64,000 bases of DNA from assembly GCA_020441905.1 (NCBI GenBank), contig JAGRLG010000030.1, positions 20,970-84,969 of the forward strand, given 5' to 3'. Of this stretch, positions 37,712-48,890 are shown one piece after another (the first letter of the stretch is position 1; every line of letters starts with the position of its first letter). A program made the position numbers and the translations under genes. The notes beneath the pieces were generated by a model, which saw only the letters and a program-made list of their open reading frames with translations, was not told the origin of the DNA and searched no databases. The DNA comes from Rhodobiaceae bacterium (GTDB taxonomy: Bacteria; Pseudomonadota; Alphaproteobacteria; Rhizobiales; NORP267).

Positions 37712-38280
37712 TCGGCGCTTTTTCGTCCCGCAACCGCTTCGCGCAGCGCCGGAACGATTTCAGCCACCTCCTCGGCGACCAGATAATGCGCCATCAGCCC
37801 CTCGCGGATGAATTCCTCGCCGCGCATATGGGTCAGCAAGGCGATAAGCGGCTGCCAGAAATTGCTGATATTGGCCAGCAGGACCGGTTTTTCATGCTGG
37901 CCGAGCTGCGACCAGGTCAGCATCTCCACCGTCTCTTCCAATGTGCCGAGGCCGCCGGGCAGGGCGACAAAGGCATCGGAGCGCTCGAACATGGTGCGCT
38001 TGCGGGTATGCATGTCCTCGGTGACGATGTGTTCGTCGACATCGCGCAGCATCTTCTCCCGCGACACCAGAAATTCGGGAATTATGCCGGTCACCTTGCC
38101 GCCATGACGCAGCACGCTGCGCGCCAGCGTGCCCATCAGCCCAAGGCTGCCGCCGCCATAGACCAGCCGCAGGCCCTCTTCGGCGAGGGATCGGCCGAAG
38201 GCTTCGGCGGCGGAAACATAAGCTGGGTTGAGGCCGGGGCCGGAGCCGCAATAGACGCAAACCGTTTGAATCGTTTTCAT
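37675..38280 (-). CDS. LOG-family nucleotide 5'-monophosphate nucleosidase (TIGR00730 type)
   Basis: Start at MKTIQTVCVYCGS. GGGSLGLMG and PGGLGTLEE motifs. The 3' end overlaps cimA by 37 nt (convergent). Confidence 0.8.
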   Translation of the reverse strand: MKTIQTVCVYCGSGPGLNPAYVSAAEAFGRSLAEEGLRLVYGGGSLGLMGTLARSVLRHGGKVTGIIPEFLVSREKMLRDVDEHIVTEDMHTRKRTMFERSDAFVALPGGLGTLEETVEMLTWSQLGQHEKPVLLANISNFWQPLIALLTHMRGEEFIREGLMAHYLVAEEVAEIVPALREAVAGRKSADQGAGAPSLSNL

Positions 38281-38562
38281 TTCACCATCTGGCATTGCCG
38301 CTTGGCCATCGTCAAGCGTGAGAAGGGAGCATGTGGGGTCAGGCCGGCAAATTGGCAATAGCGGGCCAGCACGTTGCAGCCGCTGGTGTAACTGATAGTC
38401 TTGGCTTTGAAAATTTGTGCAGCGTCCCAATGGGCGGCGAACCGGGGAACTTGACCGGGCACATGCCATTGGGAGAGCGCCCGTTCGGGACCATGCGCCG
38501 GCGGCATTTTCGCCGCTTGTTCCGCGTAACCGGCCACGGGCGCCAGATCAGGATCAAAGCCG

Positions 38563-40023
38563 GTGAACGCCAACAATTCCGAACCCGACCAGAACATCGC
38601 CGACGAAATCGACGGCATGGAAGCACAGGCCAAGAGCGGCAGCGCCGCGCCAATGGCCATCGCCATTACCAGCGTCGTCGTTGTCGCTTTGTTATTGGCC
38701 GCATGGTTCTTCGGCATCGCGCCGGCACGGCGCAATGCCGCTACGCCAGGGGCGCAGACCCAGCAGCAGAATGGCGCGCCGGCCAAGGCGCCCCAGAGCG
38801 CCGATGAATATGGCACCGGCAGCGGTGGTTCGGGTGCCGGCGGCGCCGCCGGACCGGCCCCCGGCAAGGGGTCGGAAAAGACCGGCGGCGAGTCCTCCAA
38901 GACCGTGGCGCAGCCGGACGGAAAGCCCCTGGCCCCAAGTTTCGATACCGTTCGCGTCGAGAGCAGCGGCGACGCCGTGCTCGCCGGCCAGGCGGCGCCG
39001 GGCGCCAAGGTTTATCTCTTTGCCGGTGACAGCAAGATTGGCGAAGCGGTCGCCGACCCCGGCGGCAATTGGGCGCTGGTGCTCGACAAGCCGCTGCCCG
39101 CCGGTACGTCGGATCTGTGGATATCCGCCGACAAGGCAGGGGCCGCCAAGATCCGCTCGGAACAGACGGTTGCCATCGTCATAGACCCCGACAAGCGCGC
39201 CCAGCCGCTGGTCGTGGTCCAGGATGGCCGGGGCAGCCGGGTGTTGCAGCAGCCCGACGAAGATGGCGCACAAGTCGGAAAACCGGTGCAAACGGCCATG
39301 CAGGGCAATGGAGAGCCTGGCGCGCCGGCCGGCGGCGCCAGCATTGCATCGGATGCGCAGGCGCCGTCCGCCCGCGCCGAGGTCAAGATCGCGGCGGCCG
39401 ATTATGCCGATGACGGCAAGTTGCATATTTCGGGCGGCGCGCAGCCCGGCGCCACGGTGCGCGTCTATTACGACGATGCCCATGCCGGCGACGCACTTGC
39501 CGATGCCAATGGCAGCTGGTCGCTGAGCATCGCCAAGGATCTCGACGGCGCCGTCCATGCGGTGCGCGCCGACGATCTCAAGGCCGCGGACGGCAGCGTG
39601 CAGGGGCGCGCCGAAGTGTCCTTTATCGCCAAGCTGTCGCCAGAGCAGGAACGCGAGCTTTCGCTGCGCGTGGCTGCCCGCGCCGATCAGGCCGATCAGG
39701 CCGGTCGGGCCCAGTCCATGGCGGCTCAGGGCGAACGGGCCGGGGACGGCGCCGTGCCGCGAACCGCTACCGAGCCGTCCGTCGGGCAGGGCAAGACAGC
39801 GATGGCGTCGGGCAGCGTCGGCGACGCCGCTCCCGGCGCCGGCGGTCGCGGCCGTATCACGGTGGAGCGAGGCGACAATCTGTGGCGCATAGCCCGCGAG
39901 AATTATGGCGCCGGAATCCGCTATACGGCGATCTTTCGCGCCAATAAGGATCAGATCCGCAATCCGCACCTGATCTATCCCGGCCAGGTGTTCCTGATGC
40001 CGCGCCTTCAGGACTCAAAATAG
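38563..40023 (+). CDS. Membrane-anchored LysM peptidoglycan-binding protein with Ig-like repeats
   Basis: N-terminal TM (AIAITSVVVVALLLAAWFFG), a G/A/P-rich linker, two GD..G.A.AD..G.W.L modules, and C-terminal LysM (ITVERGDNLWRIARENYG...IYPGQVFLMP). Confidence 0.8.
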   Translation: MNANNSEPDQNIADEIDGMEAQAKSGSAAPMAIAITSVVVVALLLAAWFFGIAPARRNAATPGAQTQQQNGAPAKAPQSADEYGTGSGGSGAGGAAGPAPGKGSEKTGGESSKTVAQPDGKPLAPSFDTVRVESSGDAVLAGQAAPGAKVYLFAGDSKIGEAVADPGGNWALVLDKPLPAGTSDLWISADKAGAAKIRSEQTVAIVIDPDKRAQPLVVVQDGRGSRVLQQPDEDGAQVGKPVQTAMQGNGEPGAPAGGASIASDAQAPSARAEVKIAAADYADDGKLHISGGAQPGATVRVYYDDAHAGDALADANGSWSLSIAKDLDGAVHAVRADDLKAADGSVQGRAEVSFIAKLSPEQERELSLRVAARADQADQAGRAQSMAAQGERAGDGAVPRTATEPSVGQGKTAMASGSVGDAAPGAGGRGRITVERGDNLWRIARENYGAGIRYTAIFRANKDQIRNPHLIYPGQVFLMPRLQDSK

Positions 40024-40200
40024 CCGCGCCAGGCACGCAAGGGCCTAATTCGGCCTGGCGTCCTTGTTCGCGGCGCCATGCGGATTATATGAGAGCGGGC
40101 GCTGCTTGCGGCGGCTCAGGGAATAAATGCGCAGCAATAACAAACACCTGTTCAACCGCCGCGCGGCAGTGCCGCCGGGTTGGCCAGCGCTGGAGCCTGA

Positions 40201-42111
40201 ATGCGGCACATGAAAAAGAGCCTGCCTGTGGCCCGGTTTTCGGATCAAGCGCCCAATTCGCAATGGGCGACCCTGAAAGCCCTGTGGCCCTATATCTGGC
40301 CGGCGGACCGCCCCGACCTCAAGATCCGCGTTGTCTTCGCGCTGTTGCTGTTGCTCGCCGCCAAGGGCGCGACGGTGGCGGTGCCCTTCTTCTACAAGGC
40401 CGCTGTCGATGCCCTGACCGGCGGCAGCGGCCCCGGCGCGGTGCCGGTGCTCGTCATTGTTCCGGTGGCCTTGCTCGTGGCCTATGGCGTGGGCCGTATC
40501 CTCATGGTGCTGTTTGCCCAGGTGCGCGACGCGCTATTTGCCAAGGTCGGCCAGAACGCCGTGCGCGTCATTGCCCGCCAGACCTTCGAGCACATTCACC
40601 GCCTGTCGCTGCGCTTTCATCTTGAACGGCGCACCGGAGGCATGAGCCGCGTCATCGAGCGCGGCACCCGGGGCATCGAAACCATCGTCCGCTATACCGT
40701 TCTCAACTCGCTGCCGACGGTTCTCGAACTGGTGCTGATCGCCGGCGTCCTGTTTTACCATTTCAGCGTCTGGTACCTGGCGGTGATGATCGTCACCGTG
40801 GTGCTCTATATCTGGTTCACCTTCGTCGCCAGCGAGTGGCGCATCGCCATTCGCCGTGACATGAACGAGTCCGACACCGAGGCCAATTCCAAGGCCATCG
40901 ACTCCCTGCTCAATTACGAGACGGTCAAGTATTTCGGCAATGAAATGTGGGAATCGGAGCGCTTCGACCGCTCGATGAAGCGCTATGAGCACGCCGCCGT
41001 GCGCACCTATACCTCGCTGGCCTTCCTCAATTCGGGCCAGGCGATCATCTTCACCGCCGGACTGACCGCCTGCATGGTCATGGCCGGCTATGACGTCGCC
41101 GCCGGCAAGCTCACCGTCGGCGATTTCGTCATGGTCAACGCCCTTCTGATCCAGCTCTACATCCCGCTCAATTTCATGGGCATGGTCTATCGCGAGATCA
41201 AGCAGGGCCTAGTCGATATCGAGAACATGTTCGAGCTTCTGGGCCGCAACCCCGAAATCGACGATGTGCCCGGCGCGCGCCCGCTCGAGGTTTCCAGGGG
41301 CGAAATCCGTTTTGAGCATGTCGGTTTCCACTACGATCCGGACCGCCAGATCCTGAAGGACATTTCCTTCACCGTTCCCGCCGGCAAGACCGTGGCCATC
41401 GTCGGTCCCTCGGGGGCGGGGAAATCGACCATTTCGCGCATCCTGTTCCGCTTCTACGACCTCTCCTCGGGCCGCGTCACCATCGACGGCCAGGACATCT
41501 GCGAAGTAACCCAGGACAGCTTGCGCCGCGCCATCGGCATGGTGCCCCAGGACACCGTGCTGTTTAACGACACCATCGCCTACAACATCCGCTATGGCCG
41601 CCCCGACGCCAGCGAGGAGGAGGTGCGCGAGGCGGCGCGCATGGCCCAGATCGACGAATTCATCGCCCGCCTGCCGGCCGGCTACAAGACGGAAGTCGGC
41701 GAGCGCGGCCTCAAGCTTTCCGGCGGCGAGAAACAGCGCGTCGCCATTGCCCGCACCATCCTGAAAGGCCCGCCCATCCTGATGCTCGACGAGGCGACCT
41801 CGGCGCTGGACAGCGGCACCGAGCGCGAGATCCAGAGCGCGCTGGCCCGCGTTTCGCAGGGCCGCACCACCCTGGTCATTGCCCATCGCCTCTCCACCAT
41901 CATCGATGCCGATGAAATTCTGGTGCTTCAGGGCGGCGTCATTGTCGAGCGCGGGCGCCATGACGCGCTGCTGGAGTCCGGCGGCGTCTATGCCCGCATG
42001 TGGGACCGCCAGCGCGAGGCCGAGGAAGCCCGCGCCCGCCTCGCCAGGGCCGAGGCCGAAGCCCAGGACCGGGCTTCGCTCGCCGCCGCGCTGCCGGAAG
42101 CGGCAAATTAG
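40201..42111 (+). CDS. ABC transporter permease/ATPase, Atm1/ABCB7-like exporter
   Basis: Six-TM N-terminal domain. Walker [10 protein letters not shown], signature [13 protein letters not shown], Walker [13 protein letters not shown]. Confidence 0.85.
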   Translation: MRHMKKSLPVARFSDQAPNSQWATLKALWPYIWPADRPDLKIRVVFALLLLLAAKGATVAVPFFYKAAVDALTGGSGPGAVPVLVIVPVALLVAYGVGRILMVLFAQVRDALFAKVGQNAVRVIARQTFEHIHRLSLRFHLERRTGGMSRVIERGTRGIETIVRYTVLNSLPTVLELVLIAGVLFYHFSVWYLAVMIVTVVLYIWFTFVASEWRIAIRRDMNESDTEANSKAIDSLLNYETVKYFGNEMWESERFDRSMKRYEHAAVRTYTSLAFLNSGQAIIFTAGLTACMVMAGYDVAAGKLTVGDFVMVNALLIQLYIPLNFMGMVYREIKQGLVDIENMFELLGRNPEIDDVPGARPLEVSRGEIRFEHVGFHYDPDRQILKDISFTVPAGKTVAIVGPSGAGKSTISRILFRFYDLSSGRVTIDGQDICEVTQDSLRRAIGMVPQDTVLFNDTIAYNIRYGRPDASEEEVREAARMAQIDEFIARLPAGYKTEVGERGLKLSGGEKQRVAIARTILKGPPILMLDEATSALDSGTEREIQSALARVSQGRTTLVIAHRLSTIIDADEILVLQGGVIVERGRHDALLESGGVYARMWDRQREAEEARARLARAEAEAQDRASLAAALPEAAN

Positions 42112-42146
42112 GCGTCGCCACTCGCAATTTCAGCTTTTCCCGTGGT

Positions 42147-42902
42147 ATGAACGCGCCGTCGCGAAATAGCAGGCGCGCCGGGCGCGGTAGAGGCGGAGAT
42201 ACACGGGTGCTCGATTCCATTCTTTCAGTTCTGACGCCGATCCACCGCGAGGGCTATCGCTTCATCGCCGCCTTTGCCATTGCCGCCCTGCTGCTGCTGT
42301 TGCTGTGGCCGCCGCTGGGATGGCTTTGCGTCATCGCCACCTTGTGGTGCGCCTATTTTTTCCGCGATCCGCAGCGCGTCACGCCCCAGCGGCCCGGCCT
42401 GGTCATCTCGCCGGCGGACGGGCGCGTTTCGGCGATCGAGGAGGTCGCGCCGCCGCGCGAGCTCGACCTCGGCGAGGAGCCGCGCCTGCGCGTCTCGGTA
42501 TTCATGAATGTGTTCGATGTTCATGTGAACCGCGCTCCGGTGGCTGGCCGTGTCACCCGCATCGCCTATACGCCCGGCAAGTTCATCAACGCCGAACTCG
42601 ACAAGGCCAGCGAGGATAATGAGCGCAACGGCCTCGCCATCGAAATGTCCGACGGCTCGTCCGTCGGTGTGGTCCAGATCGCCGGCCTCGTCGCCCGCCG
42701 CATCGTCTGCTTCGTCGCCGAGGGCGCCGAGCTTGCCGCCGGAGAACGCTTCGGCCTTATCCGTTTCGGCAGCCGTCTCGACATCTATCTGCCGCCTGGC
42801 AAGGCCGCCCAGGTCTGCGTCGGACAGCGTGCCGTCGCCGGCGAGACGATTTTGTGCGATCTTGAATCCGGTGAAGGCCCGCGCCCGGCGCGGGCGAGCT
42901 GA
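42147..42902 (+). CDS. psd: Phosphatidylserine decarboxylase proenzyme (short alphaproteobacterial type)
   Basis: [15 protein letters not shown], and the GSRLD cleavage-type motif ([10 protein letters not shown]). Start is uncertain: ATG 42147 or GTG 42207. Confidence 0.8.
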   Translation: MNAPSRNSRRAGRGRGGDTRVLDSILSVLTPIHREGYRFIAAFAIAALLLLLLWPPLGWLCVIATLWCAYFFRDPQRVTPQRPGLVISPADGRVSAIEEVAPPRELDLGEEPRLRVSVFMNVFDVHVNRAPVAGRVTRIAYTPGKFINAELDKASEDNERNGLAIEMSDGSSVGVVQIAGLVARRIVCFVAEGAELAAGERFGLIRFGSRLDIYLPPGKAAQVCVGQRAVAGETILCDLESGEGPRPARAS

Positions 42903-42959
42903 GCGCTGGTGCCGCCGGTCCGGTTTTTCGGCTGGCGCGGCTAGGGAAGGACCGAAGCG

Positions 42960-43835
42960 ATGAACTGGCTGTTTCCCCCTTTCGATCCCGAGGGTGGCCC
43001 GGCTTCGCCGAAGCGCCGTTTCCGCCGCATACCGATCCGCGCGCTGATTCCCAATGTGATCACCCTGCTCGCCCTGTGCATGGGGCTGACGGCGATCCGC
43101 ATGGGGATAGAAGGGCGCTTCGAGCTCGGCGTCGCCGCCATCGTCGCCGCGGCGGTGCTCGATTCCCTCGATGGCCGGGTGGCGCGGCTGCTCAAATCGA
43201 CCTCGCGCTTTGGCGCCGAACTGGATTCTCTCGCCGATTTTGTCAATTTCGGCGTCGCGCCGGCGGTGCTGATCTACAACTGGTCGCTGGTCGATCTCAA
43301 ATCCGCCGGCTGGATCGGCGTGCTGGTGTTTTCCCTGTGCGGGGCGCTGCGTCTGGCGCGATTCAATGTGGCCCTGGAGCGTCCGCTTCCCGCCTGGACC
43401 GCCAATTTCTTCGTCGGCATGCCGGCGCCGGCCGGCGCCCTGTGCCTGCTGCTGCCGCTGTATCTGGAATATCTCGGCCTCGAAGGAACCCGCGCCCTGA
43501 CCCTGCCGATCCTTGCCTATAGCGGCCTGATCGCCCTGTTCATGGTCAGCCGCGTGCCGACTTTTTCCGGCAAGGCAATCGGCCTTCGCATTCCGCGCGA
43601 CGTCGTGCTGCCGCTTTTTGTCCTCGTCGTCGTGTTCTTCGCCCTGCTGCTCAGCTTTCCCTGGCTGACCCTCGCCAGCGGCACCTTGCTCTATCTGGCA
43701 TCGATCCCCTTTTCCGTCCTGAGATTTCGCGCCCTTGCCGAGGCGGCGGCGGAAAGGGAAGCGGCGGGCGAGGAGGGCGCGAGCTTTCCCCAATCGGGGC
43801 GTGAACCGGACGCCCGGCCGCCCAAGCTGCACTGA
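42960..43835 (+). CDS. pssA: CDP-diacylglycerol--serine O-phosphatidyltransferase
   Basis: CDP-alcohol phosphatidyltransferase motif DSLDGRVARLL...GAELDSLAD. Multi-TM. Adjacent to psd. Confidence 0.85.
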   Translation: MNWLFPPFDPEGGPASPKRRFRRIPIRALIPNVITLLALCMGLTAIRMGIEGRFELGVAAIVAAAVLDSLDGRVARLLKSTSRFGAELDSLADFVNFGVAPAVLIYNWSLVDLKSAGWIGVLVFSLCGALRLARFNVALERPLPAWTANFFVGMPAPAGALCLLLPLYLEYLGLEGTRALTLPILAYSGLIALFMVSRVPTFSGKAIGLRIPRDVVLPLFVLVVVFFALLLSFPWLTLASGTLLYLASIPFSVLRFRALAEAAAEREAAGEEGASFPQSGREPDARPPKLH

Positions 43836-43911
43836 AGCGGGGCGGCGAGGAAACGGGTATCGCATCTGCGCCGCGATCCGTCCCGCAAGGCGCGGTTTCG
43901 GCGCGCCGTTG

Positions 43912-44403
43912 TCAGTCGATATCGTCTTTGCCGGGATTTGCGTATTTTTCCTGCCCGCGATCCGATGGATATTTGTAGGACGCGTAGCGCAGGATCAGCA
44001 CGGCGAACGCCAGCAGCAGCACGCCGATGGTGACGATGATGAGGCCCCAATGCGGCGTATGGATGGCGGCCTGGATGTCGATATGCTCGACATTGGCCAT
44101 CCCGATCAGAAGCCTGGTCAAAGCGGTCAGCGCGACATAGATCAGGAACCGCACCGGCATGTGGTTGGTGGTGAAATAGATGCCAACCATGGCGCCCAGT
44201 TCCAGGTAGATGAACAGCAGCAAGATATCCTCGACCGAGGCATGGCCCTTGGATGCCATGCCCCAGAAGGAAAATACCGCCGACCAGACGATGGTCGCTC
44301 CGATGGCGAAAAGCGCCAGCTGGTGAAACAGGCCGACCAGAATGCGGCCCAGCCTGTCGATATTGGCCTGGCCGGTTCGGCCAACTTGCTGCCACTGGCT
44401 CAT
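43912..44403 (-). CDS. psiE: PsiE-family (phosphate-starvation-inducible E-like) membrane protein
   Basis: Start at MSQWQQ. Four helices with LLFIYLELGAMVGIYF and VRFLIYVALTALTR, resembling PsiE. Confidence 0.65.
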   Translation of the reverse strand: MSQWQQVGRTGQANIDRLGRILVGLFHQLALFAIGATIVWSAVFSFWGMASKGHASVEDILLLFIYLELGAMVGIYFTTNHMPVRFLIYVALTALTRLLIGMANVEHIDIQAAIHTPHWGLIIVTIGVLLLAFAVLILRYASYKYPSDRGQEKYANPGKDDID

Positions 44404-44486
44404 TTTGTCTGCCAACCATCGATCTCCGTCAGGATCCGGTCTTTGGCGGATCGTAATTGCCAGCGACAGGCGGATCAAGAAACGCG

Positions 44487-47400
44487 CTATTCGGCGGCGC
44501 CGGGCGCCGTCTCGCCAGCTGGCGCCGGGGCGCTCTTGCCCTTGGAGCGAGCGGGCGGCGCATTGTGCCCAGCTGCCGTTTTCGCCCCCCGCCCGCGGCC
44601 GAAACGGGCACTCAGCCTGGCCAGCCTCTGGCCATAGATCGTCGGCGCCACCAGCAGGGTGGGAACCAGGATCAGCGTCAGCAGGGTGGCGAAGCCGAGG
44701 CCGAAGATCACCGCCGTCGACAGCTGTACCCACCAGATCGAGGTGATGCCCCCGACATTGATGCTCGGGCCGAAGAAATTGACCGTGACCTGAAGCGCCA
44801 TCGGCACCAGGCCGAGGATCGTGGTCACCGTCGTCAGCAGCACCGGGCGCAGCCGCTGCGCCGCGGTGCGCAGCACGGCATCGACAACCCCCAGCCCGGC
44901 TTCGCGGTGCATGCGGTTGAAGGTGTCGATCAGCACGATGGCGTTGTTGACCACGATGCCGGCCAGCGCCACCACGCCGGTGCCGGTCATGATGATCGAG
45001 AAGGTCTGCCCCGTCACCAGCATGCCGAGCAACACGCCGAAGACCGACATCACCACCGTCGAGAGGGTGATCGCGGTCTGGTAGAAACTGTTGAACTGGG
45101 TCACCAGGATGATGAACATCAGAAACAGCGAGCCGGCCATGGCTTTGCCGAGGAAATCGCCCGCCTCCTTCTGTTCCTGGTCGGCGCCGCGGAAACGGAA
45201 GCGGATGCCGTCGGGCCAGTCCTGCGTCTTCAGCCAGCTATTCAGTTCCTTGACCTTGCCGTCGGCGAGAATGCCGGGGGCGGTGTTGGCCTTGACCATC
45301 ATCGCATAGGCGCCGTTCTGGCGCAGGATCGAGCTCACCCTCGGCTGCGCCACGCGCTCGACCATGTTGCGGATCGGCACCAGCCCCTGCGGCGTCCTCA
45401 CCCGCAATTCGTCGAGGCGCGAGATCGACCGCTCCTCGGAAGGCAGGCGGACCCTGATATCGACCTCGTCCTCCGAATCGTCGGGCCGGTAATTGCCGAT
45501 CAGGATGCCGTTCGTCACCAGCTGGATCATGGCGCCGATGGAAGCGACATCCGTGCCGAAGCGCCCGGCTTCCTCGCGGTCGACCTTCAGTTCCCACTCG
45601 ATACCCGGCAATGGCCGTCCGTCCTCGATATCGATCAGACCTTCCATGCCGGTATCGAGATGGGCGCGGACTTTGCCTGTCACCTGCTTTACCAGCTCAT
45701 AATCGGTGCCGGCGACCTCGAGGCGGATATCCTTGCCGGTCGGAGGCCCGCCTTCCACATTGCGGATTTCGGCCCGGATGCCGGGGATCGGCGCCAGGCG
45801 CTGGCGCACCTCGGCGAAAATATCGTCGGCCTTGCGCCGGCAGCAGTAATCGTCGAATTCGATGATCATCTGGCCGATCTGGTCGACCGGCTTGTCCTGG
45901 GATTCGCCGACCTGCGGCCTTCCGCTCGGCGAGCCGGTGGTGACATAGAGGTTGCGGATACCCGCCACCTTGGTCACCTCATTCTCGACCTTCATCACCA
46001 TGTCGCGCGCTTCGGCGGCGGATAAATTGCCGCGCCCGGACACCAGGAGGATGGCCTGGTCCGGCTCCTCGTCGACGAAGAATTCGACGCCCGTGGCATG
46101 GTTGGCGAACAGGTAGACGATCACGCCGGCAGTAGCGAATGCGCCGAGCAGAACCTGGGTCGGCCGGCGCACCAGCGTTCTCAGCAGGCGGACATAGGTC
46201 CCGGTGATCCCGTGAATGGCGTCGTAGTCGACATGGCTGTCGCCCGACAATTCGCGCGCCGTCGCGATATCCTTGGCGCTTGCCGTCGTGCGTCCGATCA
46301 GGCTGCCGACGACGGGCAGAAACACCATTGCCGTCAGCAGCGAGGCCGACAGCACCACGATCACCATGATCGGCAGATAGCTCATGAACTCGCCGGATAC
46401 GCCCGGCCACAGCAGCATGGGCAGGAAGGCGGCCAGCGTCGTCGCGGTGGACGAAACGATGGGCCAGAACATGCGCTTGGCCGCCAGCGAATAGGCGTCC
46501 TCGCGGTTCAGGCCCTCGGCCATCTTCCGGTCAGCATATTCGACGATGACGATGGCACCGTCGACCAGCATGCCGACGGTGAGCACCAGGCCGAACATGA
46601 CCATCATGTTGACGGTCATGCCCATCAGGCCGAGCAGCAGGAAGCCGACCATGAATGAGGTCGGAATGGCAAGCCCGACCAAAAGGCCCGATCGCAGGCC
46701 GAGCGCGCCGACCACCACCACCATGACCAGCGTGATGGCGGTCAGGATCGCCGATTCCAGCGAGCCCAAAACCTCGAAGATGAACTTCGACATGTCGAGC
46801 GTGTAATCGACCTTGATCGTTTGCGGCCAGTCCTTGGTGAAGTCCGCCACCACCTCGCGCACGCGGGCATTGTTCTCGATGATGTTGGTGCCTAGTCTTT
46901 TCACCACCTGGATGGCGATCGCCGGACGGCCGTTGAAGCGGGTGAAGGTTTCCGGGTCCTTGAAGGTGCGGCGGATCTGGGCGAGGTCCCCCAATGTCAC
47001 GACGCCGTCCCCCGACACCTTGACCGGCAGGCCGTAAACGTCCTGCGCGGTGCGGAACAGGCCCGGCACCTTGACATTGAAGCGGCCCTTGCCGCCGTCG
47101 AGGAACCCCGCCGGTACCAGCTGGTTGTTGCGGTTTATGGCGCGGATCAGCTCGTCCTGGGAAATGTTGTAGGATTCAAGGCGCAGGGAGTCGATCACCA
47201 CTTCCAGCTGTTCCTCGCGGTGGCCGGCCAGCTTGGCTTCGAGCACGGATGGGATCGCTTCGATCTGGTCCTTGAGGCGGCGCGCATTGGCATAGAGCGT
47301 GCGCTCGGGGACATCGCCCGACAACACGACGATAATCGTCGGCACCAGGGAGAAATTCATCTCGAAGATCTGCGGCTCTTCGGCGTCCGCCGGCAGTTCC

Positions 47401-47756
47401 GCCTTGGCCTGGTCGACCTTGTCGCGAACGTCGGCCAGGGCCTCGTCCTTGTCGAAATCGATGCTGAACTCGAGCACGATCCCGGCATGTCCCTCATTGG
47501 CGATGCCGGTGATTTCCTTTAGTCCGTCGAGGCCGCGCAGCTTGGTTTCGAGCGGCCGTACCAGCAGGCGCTCGGCATCTTCGGGCGAAATGCCCTGTTG
47601 CAGCACCGAGATATAGAAAACCGGAACGTCGATATCCGGATTGGCTTCCTTGGGTACGGTGATATAGGCGACGATGCCGGCCAGCAGCATCACCACCATC
47701 ATGGTCATCACCGAGCGCCGCTGCTTGATGACCGTCAGGAGCGATTCAATCATCAT
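44487..47756 (-). CDS. RND efflux permease (AcrB/HAE family)
   Basis: Start MMIESLL forms an ATGA overlap with the adaptor gene. About 1089 aa with 12-TM/2 large-loop architecture. FGLVLTVGMLVDGAIVIVE and TGVVALAGIVVNNAIVLID motifs. Confidence 0.9.
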   Translation of the reverse strand: MMIESLLTVIKQRRSVMTMMVVMLLAGIVAYITVPKEANPDIDVPVFYISVLQQGISPEDAERLLVRPLETKLRGLDGLKEITGIANEGHAGIVLEFSIDFDKDEALADVRDKVDQAKAELPADAEEPQIFEMNFSLVPTIIVVLSGDVPERTLYANARRLKDQIEAIPSVLEAKLAGHREEQLEVVIDSLRLESYNISQDELIRAINRNNQLVPAGFLDGGKGRFNVKVPGLFRTAQDVYGLPVKVSGDGVVTLGDLAQIRRTFKDPETFTRFNGRPAIAIQVVKRLGTNIIENNARVREVVADFTKDWPQTIKVDYTLDMSKFIFEVLGSLESAILTAITLVMVVVVGALGLRSGLLVGLAIPTSFMVGFLLLGLMGMTVNMMVMFGLVLTVGMLVDGAIVIVEYADRKMAEGLNREDAYSLAAKRMFWPIVSSTATTLAAFLPMLLWPGVSGEFMSYLPIMVIVVLSASLLTAMVFLPVVGSLIGRTTASAKDIATARELSGDSHVDYDAIHGITGTYVRLLRTLVRRPTQVLLGAFATAGVIVYLFANHATGVEFFVDEEPDQAILLVSGRGNLSAAEARDMVMKVENEVTKVAGIRNLYVTTGSPSGRPQVGESQDKPVDQIGQMIIEFDDYCCRRKADDIFAEVRQRLAPIPGIRAEIRNVEGGPPTGKDIRLEVAGTDYELVKQVTGKVRAHLDTGMEGLIDIEDGRPLPGIEWELKVDREEAGRFGTDVASIGAMIQLVTNGILIGNYRPDDSEDEVDIRVRLPSEERSISRLDELRVRTPQGLVPIRNMVERVAQPRVSSILRQNGAYAMMVKANTAPGILADGKVKELNSWLKTQDWPDGIRFRFRGADQEQKEAGDFLGKAMAGSLFLMFIILVTQFNSFYQTAITLSTVVMSVFGVLLGMLVTGQTFSIIMTGTGVVALAGIVVNNAIVLIDTFNRMHREAGLGVVDAVLRTAAQRLRPVLLTTVTTILGLVPMALQVTVNFFGPSINVGGITSIWWVQLSTAVIFGLGFATLLTLILVPTLLVAPTIYGQRLARLSARFGRGRGAKTAAGHNAPPARSKGKSAPAPAGETAPGAAE

Positions 47757-48883
47757 GCATCTCCCGCGCCGGCAACGATCGGGGTCACTCTTTCGCCTTC
47801 GCGCACGAAGTCCTGGCCGGAGATGATCACCGTCACCTGCTCCGGCAACCCGCCGACCCACACCCCGTCAGGACCGTCTTCGAAGATTTGGACCGCGCGG
47901 AATACGACCCGTCCATCCTCGTCCACCGTGCGCACGCCGATGGTTCCGGCGTCATTGAGCGTCAGATAGGAGGATGTCAGCCGGTGCGCGGCGACCGGCT
48001 CCAGCGGAATGTCCATGCGCGCCGTCACCCCGTCGCGCAGCGCCCCATCGCCATTCTTGACCTCTATTTCGATATGAAAGGTGCGCGTGGCGGCATCGGC
48101 CGAGCGCGAAATGAAACGCACCGTGCCGGAAAACTCGTCGCCGGTGACCAGCTTTCCGCGCGCGCTCATGCCTTCATGCAGCGCCGCGACGTCGCGCTCC
48201 GAAATCTCGCCGACGACAAGTATCGGATCGAGCGAGGTTACGGTCACGCAGGGCGAAGCGACATTGAGATAGTCGCCGGCCTTGACCAGTTCGTCCTCGA
48301 CAACGCCGTCGAACGGCGCGGTGATCTGGGTGCGGGCGAGATTGAGCTCCGCTTCGGTGAGCGCGGCGCGGGCGGCGTCGAGAGCGGCCTGGAGCGCGCG
48401 GACCCGTGTTTCCGAAGCATAGCCGCTGTTCGACAATTTGTTCGCGCCTTCAAAGTCGAGTTCGGCCTGCGCCAGTTGCGCCTTGGCCTGAAGGACGCGC
48501 GCCGGGCGCACGCCTTCCTCGATGCGGCAGACCGTTTCGCCCTTCTTGACCATCGATCCCTTGGCCCGCGGCAACTCGGTCACCAGCCCGGCCACCTCGG
48601 CCTTGACCTCGACCCGCTTATTGGCCGCGGTGCGGCCGCGCACGGCAAGTACCGCGACGCGCTGCTCGGCCTGCAATTTCTTCACCAGGACGCGGAACGG
48701 CGTTTCTTCCGCGCTCGTTTCCTGCTTGCCGGGCATTGCCCCCGGCTCAGGCGCCTGGCCGCCGACGACGATTTCTCCGGTGCTCAGCCACAGGGCGAGA
48801 ATAACCACAATCAGAGCTGAGATTACATATGAGCTTTTCACATTAAGTGCAGCGAATATATTGCGAAAACGGTTCATGGGCAT
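47753..48883 (-). CDS. RND efflux periplasmic adaptor (MFP/HlyD-like)
   Basis: N-terminal anchor, coiled-coil hairpin (QAKAQLAQAELDFEGA...ALTEAELNLART), beta-barrel domain. Start ATG 48883 (MPMNRF) is preferred; GTG 48904 would overlap padR. Confidence 0.85.
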   Translation of the reverse strand: MPMNRFRNIFAALNVKSSYVISALIVVILALWLSTGEIVVGGQAPEPGAMPGKQETSAEETPFRVLVKKLQAEQRVAVLAVRGRTAANKRVEVKAEVAGLVTELPRAKGSMVKKGETVCRIEEGVRPARVLQAKAQLAQAELDFEGANKLSNSGYASETRVRALQAALDAARAALTEAELNLARTQITAPFDGVVEDELVKAGDYLNVASPCVTVTSLDPILVVGEISERDVAALHEGMSARGKLVTGDEFSGTVRFISRSADAATRTFHIEIEVKNGDGALRDGVTARMDIPLEPVAAHRLTSSYLTLNDAGTIGVRTVDEDGRVVFRAVQIFEDGPDGVWVGGLPEQVTVIISGQDFVREGERVTPIVAGAGDA

Positions 48884-48890
48884 TGCATCG

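Noticed and set aside
37675-38280. LOG/SLOG-type protein as part of a phage-defence or nucleotide-signalling system
   Set aside because: It is stand-alone, with the canonical PGGxGTxxE housekeeping-type motifs. There are no adjacent effector, cyclase, TIR, nuclease or ATPase genes, and the neighbours are cimA and a LysM protein.
42225-43865. 546-aa ORF antisense to psd and pssA. A similar 522-aa ORF at 44457-46025 lies antisense to the RND pump.
   Set aside because: Shadow ORFs opposite motif-complete genes, with highly biased R/G/A/D/Q composition.
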